A DNA stretch of 64,000 bases from Blepharisma stoltei ATCC 30299 (taxonomy: Eukaryota; Protista; Ciliophora), in contig CBFDEM010000053.1 in NCBI GenBank assembly GCA_965603825.1, forward strand, positions 930,001-994,000. The letters run 5' to 3'. Below, piece by piece: positions 48,842-60,504 of the stretch; position 1 is the first letter of the stretch; each line of letters begins with the position of its first letter. The notes beneath the pieces are model-generated. The model searched no databases. It was not told where the DNA came from and saw nothing but the letters and a program-made list of their open reading frames with translations. The position numbers and the translations under genes were made by a program.

Positions 48842-49348
48842 ATGATGTCTCCAGCGTTTTACGAGAATTCAAAACAAAATGCCCATGAGATTTCTTCTCT
48901 TCACAACGAAGTGCAAGCTTCACAGATTTTAAACAGTATGTTTACTGATAATATGCTTGAAAACTTCGATTCTTCTTTACAATTAGGGAAACTCTCTTCA
49001 TGCATCTCTTCAAACTCCTTTGAAGGATCTTTATTTTCAGACACATATGATGCCAAAGACGAAGTAATAATTGAAGCTATACGAAGTAAAGAAAATTCAA
49101 TATTAGATAAAGAGTTCAGTGCGAATCACTCGGTTATTAATATTGATGATTCTAAAGATAATATAGATGATTTCCGAGAACCAAGCCAGATTATGAAAGA
49201 AATTATGAACTTCGAAAAAGATAGTGAAAAGCGATTCCCAGAGATTTTACCGAACCTGTTGATAGAAAAAGAAGAAATCAAACATAGATGGCTGTGCAAC
49301 GCTTGTTTTTTAGATCCTCAGGATAAAAATCGTTGCATAGCGTTTTAA
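48842..49348 (+). CDS. Hypothetical protein with C-terminal CaaX-like motif (168 aa)
   Basis: Ends WLCNAC...RCIAF*. Confidence 0.65.
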   Translation: MMSPAFYENSKQNAHEISSLHNEVQASQILNSMFTDNMLENFDSSLQLGKLSSCISSNSFEGSLFSDTYDAKDEVIIEAIRSKENSILDKEFSANHSVINIDDSKDNIDDFREPSQIMKEIMNFEKDSEKRFPEILPNLLIEKEEIKHRWLCNACFLDPQDKNRCIAF

Positions 49349-49625
49349 TTGTAAATAGTTAGTATTTGAAAATAGTTAATAAAATAGAGTATTAGAGCTT
49401 ATAAATCTTATTTCTTAAATGATTTTTCATTCTGGAGCCTTATGCAAATTATTGAAATTGAATATTGCACTAAAAAATATAAAATCCTGCATTCTCTTAT
49501 AACCTTTCTATTATGCTGTCTATCTGTTTTAGATTAAATTGCCAACACTGAAAATAAAAAAATTATAAATATTTTTTAGAAAATTAATAATATCCAACTT
49601 TTTATAATAAATTTTATATTATTCA

Positions 49626-50918
49626 CTAAGGCTTTTTGGCTTGTCTTGGTGATCTTCTTGTTTGGCTTGTTGGAGTGGAAGGAGTTTTTGAAGCATCCTT
49701 TGCTACAAATTCTTGTATATAATCTTCATAAAATGTCCTAAGTCTAAAAGTTTGTCTATTAACTTCTCTGACATCACTTGAATTGGCTAGCACATTCATA
49801 TAATCAATTAAATTAAAAAGTTCTTTATCATTTTTGTCATCATGCCATGAAATAATAGGTATCCCATTGTCAATTTGAAACCCAAATGAATACGCAGCAT
49901 TATCTACGATAACTAAATCCTGCAGCCTTCTATTAGTAAAAACTCTTAGATCTTTAACATAAATTCCTTCACACATTAGGCAGGACTCCCTATATAATCT
50001 ATGATGAATTAATTCTCTATAAGGATCAATATAATCAAGCACTACGTCTGCATAGCATTTATGACTGGCAGTAAATACGATTACCTCAAATAATTTATTC
50101 GCTTCACTTAAGCATTCTCTTACAAAAGGTCTGATATTGACCCCAGCATTTATCACATCTCCAGTAGGGAAGGTTACTGGCAAAATAACATCTGCGGAGT
50201 TCAAATCTTCAGTGCAGTGGACCAAAGTTTCATCCAAATCGAACACAATGGTTTTTTTCGTTTCCCACCCTGGCCGCTTGGGCAAGCTAACCCTTTTATT
50301 TCTTAATTGGACTGGGTCTGGATTGCTCAGTGTCTTGACGAATTTCATTGCTTGGAAGGTCTGAAATAAGTGTTCTCTATACAACAGTTCCGATTTATTT
50401 TTTTGCTCCTCATGAGTGTCTTGCTTAGGCAAACTTTGGCGCTTTACTTTGGTGACCACGTTTGATAAGTCATAGTCATTTTTAGGCGATTCAGGGACTT
50501 CTACTGATTTGCTTGTCTGTCTTGGGAGGACTTTTGTGCTCTTGCTTTTTCCTTTTGTCGCTAACGAGTTCGGGTGCGGTTGGAACTGATAACTCATAGG
50601 GTTCTTGTGGGTGTCTTTTGATTCTCCTTTTGGAGTCAGAGATGTTGGCGTGGAGGTTGGGGTTTCTTTTGTTTTTATAGTCTCAGCAGCGCTCCGAGGA
50701 CGAGTGGTAGGAGGCTGAATTCTTGAAGGTTTACTTGGAGTGCCTGGCGTTAATATGCTTTGGAAGTTCTTGAGGCCTTTTGGAGAGTTCTTTTCGAATT
50801 TTTGCGTTGGCTCTTGTCTGACTTCTTTCGGAGCTTCTGACACTTCAATTGTCAGCTTTTGTGGCTTGGATAGAGACTTTGAGGAAAAATATTTGGGGTT
50901 TTTAGCAGACGATGACAT
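49626..50918 (-). CDS. CTD small phosphatase-like (FCP/SCP, NIF domain) protein (430 aa)
   Basis: TIVFDLDETLVHC, FTASHKCYAD.VLD, RLYRESC, VKDL, VIVDNA, QIDNGIPI. Confidence 0.92.
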   Translation of the reverse strand: MSSSAKNPKYFSSKSLSKPQKLTIEVSEAPKEVRQEPTQKFEKNSPKGLKNFQSILTPGTPSKPSRIQPPTTRPRSAAETIKTKETPTSTPTSLTPKGESKDTHKNPMSYQFQPHPNSLATKGKSKSTKVLPRQTSKSVEVPESPKNDYDLSNVVTKVKRQSLPKQDTHEEQKNKSELLYREHLFQTFQAMKFVKTLSNPDPVQLRNKRVSLPKRPGWETKKTIVFDLDETLVHCTEDLNSADVILPVTFPTGDVINAGVNIRPFVRECLSEANKLFEVIVFTASHKCYADVVLDYIDPYRELIHHRLYRESCLMCEGIYVKDLRVFTNRRLQDLVIVDNAAYSFGFQIDNGIPIISWHDDKNDKELFNLIDYMNVLANSSDVREVNRQTFRLRTFYEDYIQEFVAKDASKTPSTPTSQTRRSPRQAKKP

Positions 50919-50963
50919 TTACAAAATGTTTCAAATTTATTCGAATTAGAAAGAACATTTAAT

Positions 50964-51872
50964 TTAACAGTGATAAGAGGTCTTGTAAATGGGAGGAAAT
51001 CGGGTTGGTGACGAATTCTTCGGTTCTGTTAGCGCTGGAGAGCGATATCGTGAGAGATTAAATTGCTCATTTTCTGTTTTCTTCTTCGCTGTAAGAGATT
51101 TATATATAAAATTTTGTTTTGCTTTTAAGTAAGTTTCTATAGATCGTTTCTGTTTGTAAGGAGAAACTAATATTTCAAGCTTCGAATCTGTGGGGACAAT
51201 TGGAATGGATGTTGCATGCTCCAGGCTTATTCCATGCTGCTTATTTCTGCATTCGCGCTGATTTTTGATAGGGTCAGGGCTCATAGCATTTTTTTGAATT
51301 CTGTGTCTTTGCTTCTTTTTATAATTTTCCTGCACTTTCCATAAATACTCAATCACAGACTGCAAAAATTCAATTTCCTCTAAGCTTTTGCTTTGCTCTT
51401 GCTTTTCTTTGCATAAATCTAAAGCAGTTTGACCTTTTTTATTGCGCAAAGAATAATGAACTCTCAACTCCTCAATAAAGTACTTAACTAAATGAATGTG
51501 AGCGTTTGCAGCTGCTATATGTAAAATAGTGTTACCATAATAGTCTCTAGCTGCAAGATTTGACCTGTGAGCTACTAGGAGTTGAATAATTTCTTGATTC
51601 CCAACTGCAGATGCAACTAGAATAGGAGACCTTCCGTAAGAGTCCACAACGTTGGATTGGACGCCAGCTATTAGCAGTCAGCGAATCACTTCTACCAACT
51701 CTAGTTCGATTGCAATTGTGAGCGGATATGTGTGTTCAGGAAGGTAATTACCGTTTGTGTCTCTCAAGCGAATCATGTAATTAGGAGGAAACCCGGATTT
51801 TAGCATGTCAATTACTCCGCTCTCATTTTTGGCTTCGAGCGCAGCTGTAAATTCAGCTTCCCAAGAGTTCAT
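50964..51872 (-). CDS. Ankyrin-repeat protein (~302 aa)
   Basis: Joined by TGA 51678; DSYGRSPI, DYYGNTILHIAA, NKKGQTALD. Confidence 0.85.
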
Positions 51873-52037
51873 TGATTATGGAGTTACGTAGCACAAAATG
51901 GACTTTTACTCAAAAATCTATTTGAAATCGAATTTTTCTATTATTTTACTTTAAGTAAAATCATTTGCTAAGCAAATGTATTTAGTCTAAATAATTAAGA
52001 TAACTCCTTTTAATTTAAATTGCATTCATTGTAATAA

Positions 52038-54251
52038 ATGTCTCGCATTTTCATCAATAACATTAACTCCTATGTGGGCCGCGAATTGTTTCAAGAAATC
52101 AGAGGTGATCCTGAAGAAGAAAGCTCTAATGTGTTTATTGCCACCTTAGATCCAAACGATAACTCTCCAAGGCCTGCTGGAGTCAAAAAAATTCTTAGAG
52201 TAATTTTCATTTAGCGCGATAAGCCAAGACTTTTCAAGAAATACTTGCTTGAATGTGATTTAATTATTTATGATCTCCACACAGGAAATTTAGCTGAAGT
52301 TGAAGAAAAATTGAAACTCTTTAAAACAACCAAATTTGAAGAGGCGAAAACAATTGTTTTGATTTCAAGTGCGTTGGTATGGGGAAACACTCCACCAAAA
52401 ATGGCTCAAGTTCTTACTGAAGAAGAAAAATCTAAACTTATCGATCCTGACGATCCTGAAGCATCAATTGAAAAAGACAAAGTAACTGAAAAATCAATTA
52501 TTGAACCTCAGCCTTCTGAGAGATCACAAATAATAGAAAAAGGAGAAGGAGTGGCAGAAGGAGAAGAGCTAAAAGTAGAAGAACCTAAAGAGCCTGAATT
52601 TGTCACAGTTCAATTTGAAGAAAGTGACTATTTACAAAGAAAGCCAAGCCAAAAATATGAACAATGGAAAATCATTGAAGATTTAGTTTTAAACTTAGGA
52701 ACCAAAGAAAACGTGAATATATATATTATTTGCTCAGGAATTTTATACGGAAATGGTGAAAAAGTATTCAACTACCACTTTAGATCAGCCTGACTTGAGA
52801 ATCCAAGAGCTCTGCCATACATTTTTCCAGGAGATAATTACATTCCTACTATCCACATAAAAGATTTAGCAAAAGTTGTGAAATTCGTAATTGAGACCAA
52901 ACCAGAAACAAAATATATTTTTGGAATTGATAAAACCCTAGAGCCATTGCAGAAATCAATTATTCAAGCTATATCTAAAGGAATAGGCACAGGAGAAATA
53001 GAGCCAGTCGAGAAGTTTTCAGAAGAATACCAAGAATGGTATGAAGAATTAGGAATAAATGTCTGGATGAAGCCTTCACGCTTATTAATTCCAGAACCTG
53101 AAGGAGAAGAAGAAGCAGTTTTGCCATTCACCTGAAACTATATTGGAGGAATTGCTGAAAACATTAGGAGGCTAAACGAAGAATACAACAAAATGAGAGG
53201 CCTCAAACCTATTAAAGTGTTTATTACTGGCCCACCAGCAGCTGGAAAAAGCCATTATGGAGCATTACTAGCTGAACACTATAATGTACCTCATATTCAT
53301 ATTTCAGACTTGCTAAAAGAAATTGCAGGGTCAGAGACTGATATAGGTAGAATGATAGCTGAGTCTGAAGGAAGAGTTGACGATAAACTTGTAGCTGAAG
53401 CCTTTAAGTTGAAACTTAAGTCAGGACCCTGCATGAATCGTGGTTATATTTTAGACGGGTGGCCTCGCACATATGAAGACGCTAAAAACTTATTCATGAG
53501 AGAAGTGATTTCAACTGAGCCTGTTGAAGATGGAGAAAGAAATGTGGAAGCTGAGGAGGAAGAAGAAGGAGCCCATTTAGCTCCAAAAGTATATGAAAAT
53601 GAGACAGAAATTATCCCCAACAATGTCATAATTCTTAGAGCAGGCGATGACTTTTTGATAGACAGAGTCAGAAAGCTTCCTGCTGGAAAAGTCAAAGGGA
53701 CTCATTATTCTGATGAAGGAATGAAGCGCCGCTTACAGTTTTACAGAGAGAAAAATGACAGTGATAAAGAAACTCCAGTTCAAGCATTTTTCAGCGATTT
53801 AAATACTGAAATCTATGAATGTGAAAGCAACATTGAAGCAATGGAATTGCTCTATAACATGAGGGTTTATATTGAAAGAGAAGGAAGACCATTTAACTTT
53901 TTAGCTTCAATTGAAGAACTGGAATGGCAAAGAATCAATCTTATTGAAATGAGAGAAAAGGAAAAAATGAGGAAATTGATTGAAAATGAAGAACAAGTCA
54001 AAAAGTTAGCTGAAGAAGAAAAGAGGAAAAAAGACGATAAAGCGAGAAAATTATTTGAGCAGCTGAAAGGAAAAGATTTAAACTTAAAAGGAGTCAAGGA
54101 AATGCCGCTTAGATCATATTTAATGGAAAATGTGATTCCATTTTTGTCAGAAGGGTTGTTACAAGTTTGCAAAATAGTTCCTGAAGATCCAGTGGATTAT
54201 CTAGCTGAATTTATGTTTACTCAAAGTAATCAGCTTAGAAAGCATAACTAA
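52038..54251 (+). CDS. AK7: Adenylate kinase 7 (~732 aa; intron 52200-52214)
   Basis: RIFINNINSYVG, GILYGNGE, FRSA[W]L, IPTIHIKDLA, GPPAAGKS, NRGYILDGWP, GTHY, C-terminal Dpy-30 motif PLRSYLMENVIPFLSEGL...DPVDYLAEF; TGA at 52791 and 53133. Confidence 0.92.
52200..52214 (+). other. 15-nt spliceosomal intron (AK7)
   Basis: GTAATTTTCATTTAG; its terminal TAG is an in-frame stop. Confidence 0.85.
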
Positions 54252-54634
54252 ATTCCTATTAACTTTTAGAGAATAAATTATAATTTTCTCATTATTTTTA
54301 TGAATGAAGATCATTTTAATTTTTCTATCTGAAGATTATGCTTGATGAAGGTTGGTCTTTTATATTTAATTTACTATTTATGCAGCTTAAGGTTTTAATA
54401 TATATGCATTGAATAATAGATGTAGGCCTTTGATGGCTTTAAAAAATCGTAAAAATCATATTTTAAAGCTACCAAATGAAGATTAAATAAAGGATAAAGT
54501 AATAGAAATCTGTCAAATCCTTAATTTTTGTATTTATGAGCCTAGATTGATATTTAAAAATTATTCAGAAATTATAAAAAAAAAAACAAAAGGAAATATG
54601 GAATTTTTTAGTAGCAATTATAACAGTTATTTTA

Positions 54635-55528
54635 CTATATTGGAGATTCTTGAAAATAATCCATAGTTGCTGAAGAATATGATATGTTACTATCATTTAT
54701 TGAATGATTTACTGTAATTGGGCATTCTTCACCAAAAATATTGTATCTTTTTATTATATTTTCAATTCCATATCCGCGAGCTCTCAACTCTTGAAGCATC
54801 ATTATAATTTTTGTTTCGCGCGACCTATAAAGATTTATGTCACATTTTATTTCTTTTATTAACTGGTTTTTTTCATTCACATCTTTGTACAGTTTATACT
54901 GAGAACTTTCTTTGCATTTTCCAAAGGCTTCAATTGTTTTTATATTTTTTAGCCTAAGCTCATCAAGCCTATTCTTTAGCTCTGCGTTTTGACTCAGCAA
55001 ATGTTCTATCTTCTCATTTAAAATCATTTTTTCAGAGATGAGCGCAGTGACTTTCTTTGATTTATCTTCATATTTTTTTCTCCATTTATTTGATTCTAGC
55101 TCTGTAAGTATGTCTCTTAAAGTTAATTGAATAAATTTGAGAAAATCAGAGATCCCAGAAGGCAATTTAATCATTTCTTCTAAAATGTCTATTTGGAACC
55201 TGATTTTGTTGTTGACAAGCTTACTGCTTTCAGAGCTGCAAAAGTTTCTAACTTTGTCATCAATTAGAGAAAATTCTTTAAATCAGCTGTTCTGGTCTGA
55301 CTCAGAGTTATCATTAAAGAATGCTTTGGGTTTAGGAGCAAGCACTTTCAGTGATAACTTTTTTTGCAGATTTTTCATAGTTGGCAGCTTAGTTAAGCTT
55401 GCTTGCTTCTTGCCTGCTGCAATTGAGAAGTTTTGTGAAAATGATGGGTTTTTTACAGGTGTTACTGAGCCAGAAGCTTGAGGAAAATCAAAATCAGAGC
55501 TCTTTGTAAGTTTTCTCCTTATTGACAT
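54635..55528 (-). CDS. Hypothetical coiled-coil protein (~297 aa)
   Basis: Two ORFs in frame through TGA 55283; ends TAG. Confidence 0.7.
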
Positions 55529-56215
55529 TTTAAATTTTTTATTACGATTTTATGGAATTAATGGCATATTATTAATGCTATTATCTTTTGAAAAGAGATT
55601 CTTTCAATTCTAGCATTTTTAAAAGAATTAGCAATCAAATAGTTCCTTATCTCTAAAATCTAAAAAATAGTTAAGATGAAGAAAAAAAAATAGTTTACTA
55701 TTGAGTAAAATTTTTTCAAACTCATAATAAGCAGACTATTCTTTTGCTATTTTTGTTTATTCTAAATAATTTCACTCTATTTTTTTATGCACAATCTTAT
55801 TCATTTTGTCGCTTCTTTGAAATCTCCTATTGGGACCAAAGTTCATTTTCTTTTTATTTATTTTACTTTAAAACTGTTCAAATCCAAATTAACCTTTCGC
55901 TAATAGCCCACTTAAGGCAGAAAAACCGAAAAATATTACATTTATTCTTATTAAATAGGTTGGCTGCGATTCTAAAATATATTTAATCGTTCCCGTTAAA
56001 ATCTTAAAACTTCAATCAAGAGCTTCTTTACTATATATAAATTCGATGGATATCCTAATGAATTATAATTGTAAACTCTTCAATTTAAATATAAACGAAG
56101 CTGCTCAATAAGCTTTTATAGCTCTTCATGTTCAGAATTAAGATTTTCTTCTAAAATTTCTTTATTGAATCGGTTTTAAGGCCACTTTTAATAATAATGA
56201 AATGTTAAGATAGAA

Positions 56216-57485
56216 TTAAGAGAAATCTCTTCCACTGCATATTTTAGGAGCAAGTAAACTCCATATATATAGCAGAACTGTGAACCACAAAGCCGAAAAA
56301 TTAACCCACATGCTTCCTTCGTTGCTATATAAAAAATTACTGATCATAAGAGGCTCCACCTGTATGAGCTGCTCCCCAATTAGTCAAAAGCATAGCAAAG
56401 TAGATTGAGGTCAAAATCATCAAAAGATGGAAAAACACCATTTTAGAAGGGCTTTCATTATCGTCTTCCTCTTTATAAGGAGCTGCCTCGTTTCCATCAT
56501 CTTCTTCTGCTAAGACTGCCTCAGCAACTCCTCTTATAGGCGCTTGCTCATCTTTTGCTTCTCTTTTCCTAAAAGTTACATATAAAAGCATTATCAATGC
56601 TGCAAACAGACCTAGAACAATCGTTATAGCAGTCGATGCTTTATCATTCCACGAATTACAGCTGGAGCTTGAGCTAGCCATCCCAATTAAGCATAAATAA
56701 ACACAATATAAGTTCACTGCTGAACTTGTAAGCAAAGCTACATAAAAATTACATCCATGCTCTACCATCCCAGTCAAAGATAATCCTGTGAAAATGATCC
56801 CAAGTGCCAAAGTTAATGAAATCAGGAAAATATTTAACTCACAGCCGCTATCTGTTGTAAACCAATAATAGCTTAGCACAATTGTTGTTAGCGCAACTAT
56901 CCACATCAGACCTGAAAAGAAAAACAAGCAAAACGACCAGTAGCCTGACTCACTAGAATTTTCATAGTTTTCCAGTCACGTCTCATTCCAGGTATATGCG
57001 AAATCTATAATAACAATGATCTGCATTACCAAGAATGCCACTGATACATATCTTGATATTTCTCTATAAATATCGAAGAAAGCATTATCAATGAAAAACG
57101 TGATAATGAACAGAACAGTAATGATTAATCCTTTCATAAGCCAGCACCCTTGATTTATAATTGCCGACATTCTACCTCCTGGAATGCTTAGTCCAAGCAT
57201 GATGATGTAAAAAAGCACCAAAGTAAAGCTTTCACGGTAAATTGTTTGAACCCCTAAACAAATGCTTTTATCAGTCCCTGAGCAATCCGCAAATCCAAAT
57301 TTGGTTCATGGTGTCATCATTTCGTCTCCAAAGTATAAGAAAATCATCCCAAAAAATGCAGCTAAGATCATGATGACCAAATAACCTAACCTCATATGCT
57401 GCTTATGAGAAGTACTGCAGCACCGCATACAACAGCCACATAAACAAGAACAACAGGCTTCACCAGCACAGCACAATGCACCCAT
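56216..57485 (-). CDS. Serinc/TMS1 family membrane protein (~412 aa; introns 56738-56752 and 56325-56340)
   Basis: MGALCC Cys-rich start, CLGVQTIYR, GCWLMK, IIDFAYTWNE, HG|SLLTSS, FFHLLMIL.SIYFAMLLTNW, SMWV...LYIWSLLAPKICSGRDFS*. Confidence 0.93.
56325..56340 (-). other. 16-nt spliceosomal intron (Serinc)
   Basis: GTAATTTTTTATATAG; removing it restores the conserved Serinc C-terminus. Confidence 0.9.
56738..56752 (-). other. 15-nt in-frame, stopless intron (Serinc)
   Basis: GTAATTTTTATGTAG; removing it converts HGCNFYVALLTSS to the family-like HGSLLTSS. Confidence 0.8.
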
Positions 57486-57576
57486 TTATATCTTTGTTGA
57501 ACAAAAATAGAACTTATAGTTATTTAAATAGGCCAATAAAGCATGTGGAAAGAATCATAAACCTCCACAGTTTATT

Positions 57577-57825
57577 TTAATCTTGAATTGGATTAGAAAT
57601 GATTTTCTCAGGCGAAGGCTTAACATCTTTGGGCTTTTGTAACCACTTATCAAGAGTGGCTTGCTTATAACGTTCTTTGGGGAATATATACTCTTGAGTT
57701 AATTCAGCCTTTTTTTGGTTGAATTTGGTTTGTCTGCAATTTTCGATAATAGTGTCGCGAAAGCAAGTGCCGCAAATGCAAGGACAATTCACTTCAGAGT
57801 CGCAGCATAGTGCTGCACCACCCAT
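57577..57825 (-). CDS. Cys-rich microprotein A with PIP-box-like motif (82 aa)
   Basis: MGGAALCCDSEVNCPCICGTCFRD...RYKQATLDKWLQKPK; clear paralog of 57933..58145. Confidence 0.7.
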   Translation of the reverse strand: MGGAALCCDSEVNCPCICGTCFRDTIIENCRQTKFNQKKAELTQEYIFPKERYKQATLDKWLQKPKDVKPSPEKIISNPIQD

Positions 57826-57932
57826 ATTTATAACAAGTTTAAACAGATTCCAAATTATAGCCTAAAATAATGCAATTAAGCAAATTATTTTGTGGACAAC
57901 AAGTGAATTAATATGATAAGCACCCTTATATT

Positions 57933-58145
57933 TTATTTGGGCTGATCTTTCATTTTCTCAAATGGTTGGATTCATTTATCCAATGTTAATTGCTTAAATC
58001 GAGCAAGAGGGTTATCAGTTTTTTCAGCACTATCTTCACTTAAAAGAGCTTCATGATAATTTTTAATTATATTGTCTCTCATGCAGATTCCACATATGCA
58101 TGTGCAGCATACATCTCCACTGCAACACACTGCAATTCCACCCAT
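57933..58145 (-). CDS. Cys-rich microprotein B with PIP-box-like motif (70 aa), missed by the ORF track
   Basis: MGGIAVCCSGDVCCTCICGICMRDNIIKNYHEALLSEDSAEKTDNPLARFKQLTLDK[W]IQPFEKMKDQPK*; its TGA (57972-74) aligns with TGG in the paralog. Confidence 0.7.
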
Positions 58146-58155
58146 ATTATTATCT

Positions 58156-59208
58156 TTATATATTATTTAAAATTAGTACCACAGCCGTGATATCATCAAT
58201 CGCCTGCTTCTTCATCCATTTTTGCGATGCTTCAGCTACCAGCGTTTCTGCAGCATTTGTAGATCTTCCTAGAGCAATTTCTCTAGATACAATCTCGACC
58301 GCTTCATAATCTTTGATGACATCCCAAAATCCATCGCTGCCTAATATCACGAACTTGTAACTATAATCAATATTTACTTTATTTACATCAGGTGCTGCAA
58401 TGACACCTAACTGAGATGCAATCCGATGTCCGAACACTCTGGACATGGCAAGTCCAGGCGTTCGGTCATATTTACATCATACTCTCAAGGGTCCATTCAC
58501 TTCGTCTCTGTCATAGTCAACTCTTCCACCTTTACTCACAATTCTTTCCTTTTCTTCAACAATATCCAAACTATGGACTTTATTTAACGGAATTGCTAAC
58601 AATGAACCATTTTCTTCTTTTGCTATAACTGCTCTGGAATCACCCACATTAGCAATTGTTATTTGAGTCCCATCAGCTATCAGCAAAACAGCGGTGCTTC
58701 CTGATAGCGAAATATTGAAATTTGTTTGTGAAAATAATTGATTGTTTATGCTTGAAAAAATTTTGTGTATATATTCTTGAGTAATTTTTTCTGATTTGGA
58801 AAAACCACTCAAAAATTGTTGCTTGATGAAATCGGATACTAAATGGCCATTAGTGCCGTTTCCATCAAAAACGCCAAGAATTGTGTATGCTTGATTCTGA
58901 TAAGCCAGAAACGAGTCTTGGTTATGGGTATTTTGGATTCTGTGTGAAGAGCCACAAGCTGAAAAAGCGCTATATTTATATGTCTCACTAGAATTTGCAA
59001 GACGCTGGGGATTTAAGGTTTTGTGTCTCTGTTGGCTATTTATTGTGGTGTAATTATTGCAAAACTGCTTTGAGGACTCAAGTTTAGGCTTATAAAGAGA
59101 TCGGAAAGGTGGAGATGTGTTGAATCGGAAATTTTGACGACGGAATGGAATAAATGAGGATGATTCGATATCGTCCTGCATTTGTAAAACCATTCCTGAG
59201 TCAATCAT
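58156..59208 (-). CDS. PP2C/PPM phosphatase (~350 aa)
   Basis: NQDS, GVFDGNG, SGSTAV, ANVGDSR, GPLRV[W]...PGLAMSR, LGSDGFWD, DDITAV; TGA 58477. Confidence 0.9.
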
Positions 59209-59769
59209 ATTTTATGTGATAGCTTACCCTTTTTTGAACGAATTTAAACCAAAGAAATTATCAAGTATAATAATTTAAAATTGATAATGAAATTGTAAAC
59301 TCTGTAATCAAACTTATTTTGAGATTTAATTACGTCAAATTGCTAACTTGCATTATGAAAAGTATGCAACTTAAGCGTCAAAAAAGAAGATTCTTAATTA
59401 AAATAAATATAGTGAGTATTAAATTGCTTAAATTAGTCATTTTATGCGGATATTCTATTTTCCCAAAATCTCAAAAAAAATGATTTTAGGCAAGTTATTA
59501 TTTGATTCTGTTTTGATTTATATAAAGAATAAAACACTTAATATTATTTTGGATTATAGATTTATTAAGTAATATGAAATACCTAATTTTATTAAAAATT
59601 CATTTTTCAAGTATGTGTGACTTAGAATTAAATGTTTATTATAACTCTATTATACAGATAGATATTAACTAAGATCTGAATGAAGCCATAAATTATTATC
59701 TCAAACATTTCATTTTAATAGAACTTCTAATTTAATTCTATTAAGACCAGAATGATCGTAGCAAGATAC

Positions 59770-60504
59770 TTAATATGTATCCATCAAATCAAATCTCAGC
59801 CCACTTCCTCCATTCCCACCCTTTGCTTCATTAAGTCTAAAAATATTTTCAATCACTGAAATTTCAGTTGAGGTTGTGTCAACCCCACAAAAAGCGCACC
59901 AGTCATTTACGACCAGTCCTGCAGCAATAACATCACTTCCTCTGTTAATAGTCCCTGCGCACAGTGGCACTTGCAAAAGTGCGCTTAACTCGTCCAATTC
60001 CTCAATTTTAACTAAAGGATGTACTAATCCACCTAAATTTGTCAAAACACAATAGCTGCCTGATAGTACGTTTCCAGCCACCATGGTTCGAAATACTTCG
60101 ACTTCTAATGTATTTTCTATAACTTCTTCAGTTTCTTTATCTAAATCTGGATGAATTAAAGCTACATAGTCATTGCACGCTATAACATTCCCCAATGCAG
60201 ATAACCTGTCTTCAATTTTCTTGATTTTTACCTTTTCAGGTAGGGAATCTTTTAATGCTTGTAGTTCCTTGTCACTAATTATATTTGGCACTAAAAGACC
60301 ATTTGAATTTCCACATGTGATTCTGCCAATTATCCTTGTCCCAGCAATCGAGGTACGGATTACTGGGATATGATTATAAAGCTCGCTTTCAAAAACGCTG
60401 TAGAAGTTGTCAGGGCCATTGTCAGCAACTAGGCAATAAGCATTTGTCAGCTTGGTAAATACGCCTATTTCATTTGAGTTTTCGAATTGTGTCCTAGTTG
60501 CCAT
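59770..60504 (-). CDS. EIF6: Eukaryotic translation initiation factor 6
   Basis: [51 protein letters not shown]. Confidence 0.97.
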   Translation of the reverse strand: MATRTQFENSNEIGVFTKLTNAYCLVADNGPDNFYSVFESELYNHIPVIRTSIAGTRIIGRITCGNSNGLLVPNIISDKELQALKDSLPEKVKIKKIEDRLSALGNVIACNDYVALIHPDLDKETEEVIENTLEVEVFRTMVAGNVLSGSYCVLTNLGGLVHPLVKIEELDELSALLQVPLCAGTINRGSDVIAAGLVVNDWCAFCGVDTTSTEISVIENIFRLNEAKGGNGGSGLRFDLMDTY

